Notes under the pieces: model-generated
The model's input: the letters and a program-made list of their open reading frames with translations, nothing else
Databases searched by the model: none
What the model was told of the DNA's origin: nothing
Shown here: one piece after another, positions 1 through 7,248 of the stretch
Layout of the letters: the number at the start of each line of letters is the position of its first letter
How positions within the stretch are numbered: position 1 is the stretch's first letter
Assembly: GCA_035702855.1 (NCBI GenBank)
Contig: DASSZM010000141.1
Coordinates: forward strand, 1-18,331
Length of the DNA: 18,331 nucleotides
Reading direction: 5' to 3'
DNA from: Acidimicrobiales bacterium
GTDB lineage: Bacteria; Actinomycetota; Acidimicrobiia; Acidimicrobiales; Palsa-688
Position numbers and translations under genes: made by a program

Positions 1-15
1 CAGGGCCTTTCTCCG

Positions 16-88
16 TGGTCGGAACCGGCGTCGATCCGGTGACCTCGCGCTTTTCAGGCGCGCGCTCTACCAGCTGAGCTATCCGACC
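16..88 (-). tRNA. tRNA-Phe (anticodon GAA), CCA not encoded
   Basis: Reverse complement folds as a cloverleaf. Acceptor stem is GGTCGGA/TCCGACC with discriminator A. D-arm is GCTC-AGCTGGTA-GAGC. Anticodon stem is CGCGC/GCGCG with loop CTGAAAA, giving anticodon GAA. T-arm is ACCGG-ATCGACG-CCGGT. The T-loop has A at position 54 instead of the usual T, but T55-C56-G57-A58 are canonical. Confidence 0.8.
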
Positions 89-89
89 G

Positions 90-164
90 CGGACCTGACG
101 GGATTTGAACCCGCGACCTCCGGCTTGACAGGCCGGCGTGCACTCCAAACTGCACCACAGGTCC
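90..164 (-). tRNA. tRNA-Asp (anticodon GTC), CCA not encoded
   Basis: Reverse complement reads GGACCTG-TG-GTGC-AGTTTGGAGT-GCAC-G-CCGGC-CTGTCAA-GCCGG-AGGTC-GCGGG-TTCAAAT-CCCGT-CAGGTCC-G. All four stems pair, anticodon is GTC, discriminator is G. Closely resembles actinobacterial tRNA-Asp. The Asp-Phe order matches the gluT-aspT-pheU type cluster known in mycobacteria. Confidence 0.9.
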
Positions 165-181
165 TTGCGCTTGCCGCAAGG
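163..181 (-). other. Stem-loop ccttgcg-cttgc-cgcaagg (7-bp stem, 5-nt loop) immediately 5' of tRNA-Asp on the minus strand
   Basis: Perfect 7-bp inverted repeat seen directly. It lies between the flotillin stop (231) and the tRNA-Asp 5' end (164), overlapping tRNA position +1/+2. Could be the flotillin operon terminator or a tRNA 5'-leader structure. Confidence 0.35.
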
Positions 182-190
182 GCTCCGTGA

Positions 191-196
191 ACTCTA
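191..196 (-). promoter_or_regulatory. Candidate -10 hexamer TAGAGT for the tRNA-Asp/tRNA-Phe transcript
   Basis: Minus-strand TAGAGT (TANNNT) lies about 27 nt upstream of the tRNA-Asp 5' end. No convincing -35 found. Weak motif-level evidence only. Confidence 0.2.
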
Positions 197-230
197 GTCG
201 ACGCCAGCCCCTCCGTGCTCCCGATGCCGC

Positions 231-1445
231 CTAGGCCTTGCGACCCTCCTCGATCGGCCGGGGCTGGGGCGGGCCCGCCACCGACCCGCCGTTGCCCCCG
301 GTGAGGGCGGCGAGGTCGGCACCGTTGGACCCCCGGGGCGACGCAGCGTTGCCGTCGCCGCGCCGTGCGTCGGGCTGGCCCACCGAGCCCCGGAGCGCCT
401 CGAAGAGGTTGAGGCCCTGGGCGGCGAGCCCGGACACGAGGTCGCCGAGCCCGTCGCTGCCCCCGAGGACCGTCAGGTTGGCGTTCTGGAGGCTGTCGGC
501 CGCGGCCCGCAGCATCTCGGGCAGCTGGGCGATGAGCTGCTGGTCGAGGGCGACGCGATCGTTGGCCGCCCCCGCCTCGGACAGGCGGCGGAGCCGGTCG
601 GCCTCGGCGTCGGCCAGGATCTTGATCTTCTGGGCCTCCGCCTGGGCCGGCCGGAGGACCTCGGCCACCAGCTGCTCCTGGCGGAGACCGGCGTTGCGCT
701 GCGCCAGCTCGGTCTGGGCGTCGAGCACGTCCTGGGTGGCCTGGGCTTCGGCGAGGGGTCCGGCCTGGGCGGCGGTGGCCTGCGCCTTGTCGGTCTCGGC
801 CTTGAAGCCGGCGCGGGCGATCGCCGTCTGGCGCTCGTACTCGGCCTGCTTGCGCTGGGAGAGCTGCTCGGCCTCGGCGGAGGCCTGGTCGGCCTGGGCC
901 TGGGCGACGCGGGCGGCGCGCTGCACCTCGGCCACGTGCGGGGCGGCGAGGGCCTTGATGTAGCCGGAGCCCATGTCGTCGATGCTCTCGATCTGGAGGG
1001 CGTCGACGACCAGCCCGATCTTGGACATCTCCAGCTTCGAGGCCTCCAGGGCCTCCTCGGCGAGGCGCTGGCGCTCCCGGATGATCTCCTCCACCGTCAT
1101 CGAGCCGATGATCGAGCGGAGGTGGCCGGCGAAGATGCGGCCGGTCAGGACACTCATCTTGTCCTCGCTACCGAGGAAGCGCTGGGCGGCGTTGGCGATG
1201 CCCTCCGGGTCGGCGCCGACCTTGAAGGCGATGACCGCCTTGACGTTGACGGCGATGCCCTGCTTGGTGACGCACTCCTCGGCGACCTCCGCCTCCTGCA
1301 TCGACAGGGTGAGGTAGCTCACCCGGGACCGCAGCGGCAGGACGAACGAGCCGTGCCCGATGATGATCTTGAACGGCGTGCCCGTGCGCTTGCCGCCGCT
1401 GATCAGCATCGCTTCGTCGGGACGGGGTACGTGCCAGCCGAGCAT
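231..1445 (-). CDS. Flotillin-like SPFH/band-7 domain protein (FloT/YuaG-like), apparently lacking an N-terminal membrane hairpin
   Basis: Translation from the ATG at 1445 aligns with the flotillin SPFH core (PDEAMLISGG...GHLRSIIGSMTVEEI...). A long Ala/Glu/Gln-rich coiled-coil flotillin region and a disordered Gly-rich tail follow. GGAGG Shine-Dalgarno sits 6 nt upstream of the ATG. The 461-aa six-frame ORF start at 1616 is rejected because its first 57 aa are Arg/Pro-rich read-through of the intergenic region. Confidence 0.85.
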   Translation of the reverse strand: MLGWHVPRPDEAMLISGGKRTGTPFKIIIGHGSFVLPLRSRVSYLTLSMQEAEVAEECVTKQGIAVNVKAVIAFKVGADPEGIANAAQRFLGSEDKMSVLTGRIFAGHLRSIIGSMTVEEIIRERQRLAEEALEASKLEMSKIGLVVDALQIESIDDMGSGYIKALAAPHVAEVQRAARVAQAQADQASAEAEQLSQRKQAEYERQTAIARAGFKAETDKAQATAAQAGPLAEAQATQDVLDAQTELAQRNAGLRQEQLVAEVLRPAQAEAQKIKILADAEADRLRRLSEAGAANDRVALDQQLIAQLPEMLRAAADSLQNANLTVLGGSDGLGDLVSGLAAQGLNLFEALRGSVGQPDARRGDGNAASPRGSNGADLAALTGGNGGSVAGPPQPRPIEEGRKA

Positions 1446-1497
1446 CGTGGACCTCCTCACCGGGCCCGGGACCCTGCCCGGCGCCCGCTCAGGGCAG

Positions 1498-1713
1498 CTA
1501 GCCGGACAGGCGGGCCACCTCGACGACGCGACCAGGCCGCGCCCCCACCACCAACACGGCCGCGCCGGCTTCGATGGGCTCGTCGCCGTAGGCGATGAAG
1601 GACTCCGAGCCGCCACGGACCGGGAGTTGCACCTCGCCCGGCCGGCCGGTACCGGCGATGCGCATCGTGACGTGACCGACCTGCCCGATCAACTGATCAC
1701 CTACGAATGCCAT
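1498..1713 (-). CDS. NfeD-like short protein (C-terminal OB-fold/beta-barrel domain only), partner of flotillin
   Basis: 72-aa product MAFVGDQLIGQVGHVTMRIAGTGRPGEVQLPVRGGSESFIAYGDEPIEAGAAVLVVGARPGRVVEVARLSG. It has the pattern of the NfeD/YuaF C-terminal domain and sits immediately upstream of flotillin, the conserved nfeD-flotillin arrangement. GAGGTGG Shine-Dalgarno-like sequence 8 nt upstream of the ATG at 1713. No transmembrane segment. Confidence 0.65.
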   Translation of the reverse strand: MAFVGDQLIGQVGHVTMRIAGTGRPGEVQLPVRGGSESFIAYGDEPIEAGAAVLVVGARPGRVVEVARLSG

Positions 1714-1789
1714 CGCCAGGACCACCTCGGAACACGAGCTCCCGCTGAGCAGCGTAGCGAGGCGCCGCCCGCACCGGCGGGTTGGCGGC

Positions 1790-1810
1790 CCGGGGGCGGG
1801 CCGCCCCCGG
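1790..1810. terminator. Perfect GC palindrome ccgggggcgg-g-ccgcccccgg (10+1+10), likely terminator of the ABC transporter operon
   Basis: Exact inverted repeat seen directly. It lies 20 nt past the ATPase stop codon (1830-1832) on the minus strand and upstream of the nfeD start. No U-tract follows, which is common in high-GC genomes. Confidence 0.4.
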
Positions 1811-1829
1811 ACCGGGCCGACCGGCCGGA

Positions 1830-3008
1830 TCAGCCGGCGGCGACCGACACGGCCGGTGCGACGGCCGGCTCGACCCCCCCGGCGCCCGCGAACAGCAGGC
1901 ACGCCGCCGGCGCCAGGCGGACCCGGACCCGGTCGCCCCGGGCCCAGCGCCGCTCGTCGTGGATCCCGACCAGCTGCAGGCCCGGGCCGAGCCCGAGGGC
2001 GTGGTCGTAGCCCCTGCCCCGGTAGGCGGTGTCGAGCACCACGGCGTCGACGTGCCCGTCGGGGTGCCCGGCGGGCAGCAGCTGGACCCCGGCGGGCCGG
2101 ACGAGCACGGTCGCCCCGCCCCTCACGCCCGGGACCGCACCCATGGCGGTCGCCAGCAGCCTGGCCCGCTCCGGGCCGTCGCCGCAGCCGGCCGCCGGCC
2201 GGACGGGCAGGAGCGGCTGGCCCGACGGGCCGTGCCCCGTCGCTCCCCCGAGCACCTCCACGGGCAGCTCGCCGGCGAGCCCGGTGAAGCGGGCGACAAA
2301 CGGCGTCGCCGGTCGGGCGTAGACCTCCTCCGGCGGCCCGAACTGGACGAGGCGACCGTCCCGGAGCACGCCGATGACGTCGGCGAGGGCGAACGCCTCC
2401 GCCTGGTCGTGGGTGATGTACACCGCCGTGGTCCCGGCGTCGCGGGTGAGCGTCCCGATCTCGATGCGCATCCGCTCCCGCAGGTCGGCGTCCAGGTTGG
2501 ACAGCGGCTCGTCGAACAGCAGCAGGCCGGTGCCGCCCACCAGGGCGCGGGCCAGGGCCACCCGCTGCTGCTCGCCGCCCGACAGCTCGTTGGGGTAGCG
2601 GTGGGCGAGATGCCCCAGCCCGACGCGGTCAAGGACGCGCTGGACCCGCGCCGCCGCCTCGCCCCGGCCCAGGCGGAGGCGGCCGAGGGCGAACTCGACG
2701 TTGCGGGCCGCCGTCAGGTGCGGCCACAGCGCGTAGTCCTGGAAGACCATGGCGAGGTTGCGGCGCTCCGGCGGCTCGTGGGAGGGGCCGTCGGCGACGA
2801 GCCGGTCCCCGAGCACGAGGCGGCCCTCGGTCAGCCGCTCGATGCCGGCCAGGCAGCGCAGGAGGGTCGTCTTGCCGGACCCGGAGGGGCCGAGCAGCAC
2901 GCAGAAGGTCCCCGGCTCGACGGCGAGGTCGACCCCGTCGAGCGCCGTCTTGGAGCCGTAGCGCTTGCGGGCCCCCCGCAGCTCGACGGCGATACCTGCG
3001 TCAGACAT
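1830..3008 (-). CDS. ABC transporter ATP-binding protein, Fe(3+)/FbpC-AfuC-like, with C-terminal TOBE-type extension
   Basis: Walker A GPSGSGKTT, ABC signature LSGGEQQRVALARAL, Walker B LLLFDEP and H-loop ITHD are all present. A ~150-aa C-terminal extension typical of FbpC/ModC-type importers follows. The ATG at 3008 is preceded by GGAGG and overlaps the permease stop (ATGTCTGA). The 165 aa upstream in the six-frame ORF are Cys/Arg-rich junk. Confidence 0.85.
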   Translation of the reverse strand: MSDAGIAVELRGARKRYGSKTALDGVDLAVEPGTFCVLLGPSGSGKTTLLRCLAGIERLTEGRLVLGDRLVADGPSHEPPERRNLAMVFQDYALWPHLTAARNVEFALGRLRLGRGEAAARVQRVLDRVGLGHLAHRYPNELSGGEQQRVALARALVGGTGLLLFDEPLSNLDADLRERMRIEIGTLTRDAGTTAVYITHDQAEAFALADVIGVLRDGRLVQFGPPEEVYARPATPFVARFTGLAGELPVEVLGGATGHGPSGQPLLPVRPAAGCGDGPERARLLATAMGAVPGVRGGATVLVRPAGVQLLPAGHPDGHVDAVVLDTAYRGRGYDHALGLGPGLQLVGIHDERRWARGDRVRVRLAPAACLLFAGAGGVEPAVAPAVSVAAG

Positions 3009-4851
3009 CGATGAAACCTCCGATGCGCTGCCAGCCCCGGGGCGCCAGCAGGCGGAACAGGCCGAGGCCGACGAAGATGACCCCGAACATCTCGAGCATG
3101 GCGAGCACGGACATGGCCGTCGCCTCGCCGTAGTGGGCCGACGTCCCCACGAAGTTGTTGATCGCCACCGCCACCGGCGTGTTGCCGGGCGGGTACAGCA
3201 GGCTGGACACGGGCAGCTCGAGGAGCGTCTTGGCGAACGTGAGCAGCCACGCCCACAGCAGCAGCCGCGACAGCACCGGCAGGGCGGCGCGCCGCCAGGC
3301 CCCGATCCCGTGGGCCCCGTGGACCCGTGCGGCGTGCAGCAGCGACTCCTGGAGCTGCGCCGTCGGGCCGACCATGAGGCGGGCCTGGGAGGGGAGGCTG
3401 GTCGCCACGTAGGCCATCGCCAGGAGGGCCGTGGTGCCGTAGAGGGCCACGCCGAGCTGATTGGCGATCGGCAGGTTGTAGGTGAAGATGTAGCCGGCAC
3501 CGAGGACGATGCCCGGAAGGGCGACCGAGCCGATCAGCACCAGGTCGATGAGCCGGCCGATGGCGCCGGCGCCGCGGGCCGTCATCATCCGAGCCACGAC
3601 GAGCCCCAGCGCCGCCACGACCGTGGCCGTGACCGCCGCCAGGAGGGTGGAGTACCCGAGCGGTCCGGCCAGCCCGGCGGCGCCGTCGAACACCTGCCGG
3701 TAGTTGACCAGCGTGAAGGAGCTGGCCGACAACGACGTGCCGAAGTTCTTGAGGAACGAGGCGAAGACGGCGCCGAGCACCGGCGCCCCCAGGGCGAGAA
3801 GGAACAGCACCGAGGCCCCGGCGGTGGCCAGTGCCTTCCCCCGGGTGCTGAGCCGCCGACGGGCGGGTTGGCGGGTGCGCCCGGAGAGGACCGCGTACGA
3901 CCGGCCCCGCAGGGCCCTGGCCTGGAGGGCGATGGGGATCGCCGCCGTGGCCACCAGCACCCAGCTGATGGCCGCCCCGGCACCGAAGTCGGTGGGCAGG
4001 GAGTTGACGGCGGTGAACAGCTCGTAGGTGGCGACGTGGAAGTTGGCGTTGGCGGCGAGCGTCGACGCCACCCCGAAGTCGGAGATCGTCTCGGCGAAGC
4101 CGATGGCGAGGGCCGACATGAGCGCGGGGGCGAGGATCGGCACGACCACCCGCGCCGTGCGCCACCGGCCCCCGCCGTGCACCCGGGCGGCGTCCTCGAA
4201 CTCCGAGCCGAGGTTGCCGAGCGCCACCGAGACGGCCATGTAGGAGAACGGGACGATCGTCATGGTGTCGACGAAGACGACCCCGGCCGGCCCGAAGAAG
4301 ATGCCGTACATCCAGGCGCTGGGGATGCCGAACTGGTCGAGCACCCCGTGGGGCATGAGCACGTACTGCCAGCCCTCGGCCACGAGGAACGAGGGCATGA
4401 GCAGCAGGCTCCACACTGCCAGCGGCCACACCCGCCGACCCGGCATGTCGGTCCGTTGCACCCCCCAGGCGAGCGCCAGCGCCAGCCCGGTGGCCAGCAG
4501 CGCGCAGACCACGCTGAGCCAGAGCGAGTTCAGCAGGGAGTGGGCGAAGAACCCGCCGAAGACCTGGCCGAAGTTGGCGAGGGTGAACCACTGCCTGCCC
4601 TGGCCGAACAGCCGGGGCGAGACGGCCATCAGAAGGAAGATGGCGATCGGGACGATGAGGAGCAGGGCGAGCGCGACCCACACGACGAGCCCGGCGGTGA
4701 CCCGCGGGGCGCGCAGGGCGACGCGCCGGGACCACCGGAAGCCCGAGGAGCCGGGGGTGGGCCCCCCGGCTCCGACCTCCGAGGCAGCAGTTGCTGGGTC
4801 GGGGAGCAGCAGGACCGCGCCGTCCTGCCGCTCCGCGCCGGCCCCGCTCAT
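3001..4851 (-). CDS. ABC transporter permease, fused two-domain (FbpB/AfuB-like iron(III) permease)
   Basis: 616-aa polytopic protein containing two tandem ABC transmembrane-domain modules, a size and architecture characteristic of FbpB/ThiP-type permeases. Its stop overlaps the ATPase start. The start codon is tentative (ATG at 4851), placed 13 nt after the SBP stop. Confidence 0.8.
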   Translation of the reverse strand: MSGAGAERQDGAVLLLPDPATAASEVGAGGPTPGSSGFRWSRRVALRAPRVTAGLVVWVALALLLIVPIAIFLLMAVSPRLFGQGRQWFTLANFGQVFGGFFAHSLLNSLWLSVVCALLATGLALALAWGVQRTDMPGRRVWPLAVWSLLLMPSFLVAEGWQYVLMPHGVLDQFGIPSAWMYGIFFGPAGVVFVDTMTIVPFSYMAVSVALGNLGSEFEDAARVHGGGRWRTARVVVPILAPALMSALAIGFAETISDFGVASTLAANANFHVATYELFTAVNSLPTDFGAGAAISWVLVATAAIPIALQARALRGRSYAVLSGRTRQPARRRLSTRGKALATAGASVLFLLALGAPVLGAVFASFLKNFGTSLSASSFTLVNYRQVFDGAAGLAGPLGYSTLLAAVTATVVAALGLVVARMMTARGAGAIGRLIDLVLIGSVALPGIVLGAGYIFTYNLPIANQLGVALYGTTALLAMAYVATSLPSQARLMVGPTAQLQESLLHAARVHGAHGIGAWRRAALPVLSRLLLWAWLLTFAKTLLELPVSSLLYPPGNTPVAVAINNFVGTSAHYGEATAMSVLAMLEMFGVIFVGLGLFRLLAPRGWQRIGGFIDV

Positions 4852-4864
4852 CGATCGACCACCG

Positions 4865-6028
4865 TCACTGGACGATGTTGTCCGTGAACCAGGTGTTGAG
4901 CTGGTTCTCCCGGCCGCCCCACACGTACGGGTTGAGCGTCTGGGTCGGGATCTGCGCCAACGGGGTCCCCACCGCCGGCAGGGGCTTCTCCCCGTTGACG
5001 AGCGGGAAGAACAGCGAGTCGCCGGTCGGGTCGCCGGACTGCATGACCTTCTGGCCTGCTGGCGACAGGACGAACTGGACGAACTGCTTGGCCTCGGCCT
5101 GGGCCTGCTTGGAGACGTAGGCGGAGATGCCGAGCACCGAGGGGAGCGTCGTCTCCTTCTTCAGGTACTCGACCTTGAGCTCCTTGTTGGACAGGGCGGC
5201 GCCGATGCCGGCCGAGCTCTGGACGGTGGCCACCTTGATGGTGCCCGTCTCCAGGGCCTGCAGTGTGTTGGTGTTGGTCTGGTACACGTGCAGGCCGTTG
5301 GCCTTGAGCTTCTTGAAGAAGGCCTCGCCCTGGGACACGCCGCCGAGTTGCTGCATGATCCCCGCCACGTAGGGATAGGTCGGCCCGGACACGGCCGGGT
5401 CGTTCATCCCGACCGCCCCCTTCCACTGCGGCTCGGTCAGCTGCGACCACGCCGTCGGCGGGTGCTTCACCAGCTTGGTGTTGTAGACGAGGGCGGCCGC
5501 CATGGTGACGCCTGTCGGGATGTAGCTCTTGTCGGCCGGGATCAGCGACTTGCCGACGGCGTTGTAGTTGGAGATCGCCGACGGCTCCCAACCCTTCAGC
5601 AGCAGGTGCTGCTGGTCGAGGCCGGCGAAGACGGTGGCACCGTCGACCCAGAACAGGTCCCAGTGCGGGTTCTTGCCCTCGGCCTCGATCTTCACCGTCA
5701 GCGGGCCGGTGCTGTTGTCGTCCACTGTCGTGGGGATACCCGTCGCCTTCTGGAACGCCTTGCCCTCGGCGGCGTCGTAACCCTCGGCGGCGTAGATGAC
5801 GAGGGGCACCTTCTTGGCGCCGGCGGTGCTGGCGCTGCCGGCCGAGCCGGACCCGCTCGCCGCCGCGCTGGTCCCCGAGCCGGACCCCCCGCCGCTCGAA
5901 CCGGACGACGAGGTGCCCGAACCGCAGGCGGCCAGGAGCCCGGAGGCGGCGACGACCGCCAGGGCGGCGGGCAGCGCGTGACGCCGGCGCGCACGCACAC
6001 GGGGTTGGCGGGAAGAGCGAGGGAGCAC
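4865..6028 (-). CDS. ABC transporter substrate-binding lipoprotein, iron(III)-binding FbpA/AfuA family
   Basis: N-terminal signal peptide with lipobox LLAACGS, followed by a Ser/Gly-rich linker. The mature domain resembles FbpA (VIYAAEGYD...KAFQKATGI...DLFW). GTG start at 6028 is preceded by GGAGG 5 nt upstream. Confidence 0.8.
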   Translation of the reverse strand: MLPRSSRQPRVRARRRHALPAALAVVAASGLLAACGSGTSSSGSSGGGSGSGTSAAASGSGSAGSASTAGAKKVPLVIYAAEGYDAAEGKAFQKATGIPTTVDDNSTGPLTVKIEAEGKNPHWDLFWVDGATVFAGLDQQHLLLKGWEPSAISNYNAVGKSLIPADKSYIPTGVTMAAALVYNTKLVKHPPTAWSQLTEPQWKGAVGMNDPAVSGPTYPYVAGIMQQLGGVSQGEAFFKKLKANGLHVYQTNTNTLQALETGTIKVATVQSSAGIGAALSNKELKVEYLKKETTLPSVLGISAYVSKQAQAEAKQFVQFVLSPAGQKVMQSGDPTGDSLFFPLVNGEKPLPAVGTPLAQIPTQTLNPYVWGGRENQLNTWFTDNIVQ

Positions 6029-6067
6029 AGCGACCTCCGTGACAGGGCCGTCCGGCGACGACCCGAA

Positions 6068-6079
6068 CCGTGGTCACGG
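6068..6079. promoter_or_regulatory. Inverted repeat CCGTG-gt-CACGG about 40 nt upstream of the SBP start; a further CCGTGAC half-site lies at 6037-6043
   Basis: Seen directly in the 130-nt gap between the ChrB_N-like gene and the transporter operon. Candidate operator for a dimeric regulator. Not an IdeR/DtxR iron-box match. Confidence 0.25.
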
Positions 6080-6158
6080 ATCCTTGCGGGCCTCGGTTAT
6101 CGCCGGGCCATCCAGGGGTGTCGGGCGGGGGAACGCTCGGTGAACAATCGCCGCCGGC

Positions 6159-6752
6159 CTACGACCCGACCTCACGGTCGTAGACGTGGACGGCGTAGGC
6201 CTCCAGCGCCTGCTCGCAACGCTCCAGCGCCTCCTCGGCCCGCCCGACGCCCTCGGCGCCGAGGACGTCCCGGGCCTGCACCTTCGCGAACCAGCCCTTG
6301 AGCTTCGCCAGGTCGACGTCGTTCTCCTCCAGCTCGGCGTAGGTGAAGTGGTCGGCGTCGTACTCCTTGCCGACCTGGCGCAGGAAGTCCTCGCAGCGGT
6401 CGACGATCTCCTCGTACTCGTCGTTGCGGGCGGTGTTGAACAGCGCCACCAGGTCGGGCTCGCCGGCCAAGACGTCGCTGGCCAGCAGGAAGGCGGTCCC
6501 GCCCATCTCGACGATCTCGTTGCGCAGCGTCCGCAGCGCCCGCTCGGCCGTCGGGGACGACGGCAGGGCGGCGGCCGAGCTCTGGACGTAGATCGCCCCG
6601 AGCCCCTTCAGCCGCCGCCACACGCCGGCCCGCAGGCGCGACGGCTCGCTCGGGATGCGGTACACCAGGAGCAGCCAGCGCACCCGGCCGGCGCGCTCGG
6701 CGGTCGGGGGGCGGGGGTCGCCGGCGTCGGCCATCGTCTCAGTGTGGCGCAT
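6159..6752 (-). CDS. ChrB N-terminal-domain protein (chromate-resistance ChrB-like putative regulator), short form without the C-terminal ChrB domain
   Basis: RVRWLLLVYRIPSEPSRLRAGVWRRLKGLGAIYVQSSAAALP matches the hallmark ChrB_N motif (WL..YR.P..PS..R..VWRRL...GA). The start is either the ATG at 6752 or the ATG at 6734 (M7); neither has a good Shine-Dalgarno sequence. Confidence 0.6.
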   Translation of the reverse strand: MRHTETMADAGDPRPPTAERAGRVRWLLLVYRIPSEPSRLRAGVWRRLKGLGAIYVQSSAAALPSSPTAERALRTLRNEIVEMGGTAFLLASDVLAGEPDLVALFNTARNDEYEEIVDRCEDFLRQVGKEYDADHFTYAELEENDVDLAKLKGWFAKVQARDVLGAEGVGRAEEALERCEQALEAYAVHVYDREVGS

Positions 6753-6776
6753 CGGGGGACGGCGCGAACCCGGGGG

Positions 6777-7160
6777 TCACAGCCCGTCCGGTCCGGGGGG
6801 CACGTCGACGGCCAGCTCGCGCAGCACCTCGAGCGGGACGACGTCGAGGGTGCTCTCGTGGGTGGAGGCCAGCACCACGAAGCACGCACAGTCGTCCCGG
6901 TAGGCGCGCAGCCAGTTGGCGGCGGTCACGCACCAGCGGTCGCCGGGTACCAGCCCCGGGAACCCCCACAGAGGCACCGGGGTGGACAGGTCGTTACCGA
7001 TCCGCCGCTGGTGGTCGAGGAACTCGGCGGTGACCACCGCACAGATGGTGTGCAGGCCCACGTCCTCCGGGCCGGTCGTGCAGCAGCCGTCGCGGTAGAA
7101 GCCGGTCATCGGCTCGGTGCCGCAGGGCTCGAGGTCGCCTCCGAGGACGTTGCGCGCCAC
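6777..7160 (-). CDS. Small conserved Cys-rich protein, DUF2237-like
   Basis: 127 aa; the pattern NVLGGDLEPCGTEPMTGFYRDGCCTTGPEDVGLHTICAVVTAEFL...GNDLSTP...FPGLVPGDRWCV...A matches my recollection of the DUF2237 family. GTG start at 7160 with GGAG upstream. The stop lies 24 nt before the chrB_N-like start. Confidence 0.55.
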   Translation of the reverse strand: MARNVLGGDLEPCGTEPMTGFYRDGCCTTGPEDVGLHTICAVVTAEFLDHQRRIGNDLSTPVPLWGFPGLVPGDRWCVTAANWLRAYRDDCACFVVLASTHESTLDVVPLEVLRELAVDVPPGPDGL

Positions 7161-7199
7161 GGCTCCGAGTCTGGCGCAGCGGCGCCCGGCGCGCGTCGA

Positions 7200-7221
7200 G
7201 GGGCCGGCGTTGGCCGGCCCC
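7200..7221. terminator. GC-rich hairpin ggggccggc-gttg-gccggcccc (9-bp stem, 4-nt loop), likely terminator of htrA-like gene
   Basis: Perfect inverted repeat seen directly. Located 28 nt past the htrA-like stop (7249-7251) on the minus strand and upstream of the DUF2237 gene. Confidence 0.45.
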
Positions 7222-7248
7222 TCGGTCGTCGGGCGGGGACCTGCGGGT

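Noticed and set aside
1446-1616. N-terminal 57-aa extension of the flotillin ORF (start at 1616)
   Set aside because: It reads through the nfeD-flotillin spacer and into nfeD out of frame, and its sequence is non-protein-like (CWWWGRG...). A Shine-Dalgarno-supported ATG at 1445 matches the flotillin homology start.
3009-3500. N-terminal 164-aa extension of the ABC ATPase ORF (start at 3500)
   Set aside because: It overlaps the permease gene in another frame and is Cys/Arg/Ser-rich nonsense. The ATG at 3008 has a GGAGG Shine-Dalgarno sequence and begins the conserved ATPase N-terminus.
2965-4887. 640-aa plus-strand ORF antisense to the ABC permease
   Set aside because: Its translation is Arg/Gly/Pro/Glu-rich low-complexity sequence with no motifs. 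It is an antisense shadow ORF of the kind a high-GC genome generates, and the opposite strand has a clear permease.
6029-6158. IdeR/DtxR iron box upstream of the iron(III) transporter
   Set aside because: There is no match to the TTAGGTTAGGCTAACCTAA-type consensus. The only dyad present is the unrelated CCGTG-gt-CACGG.
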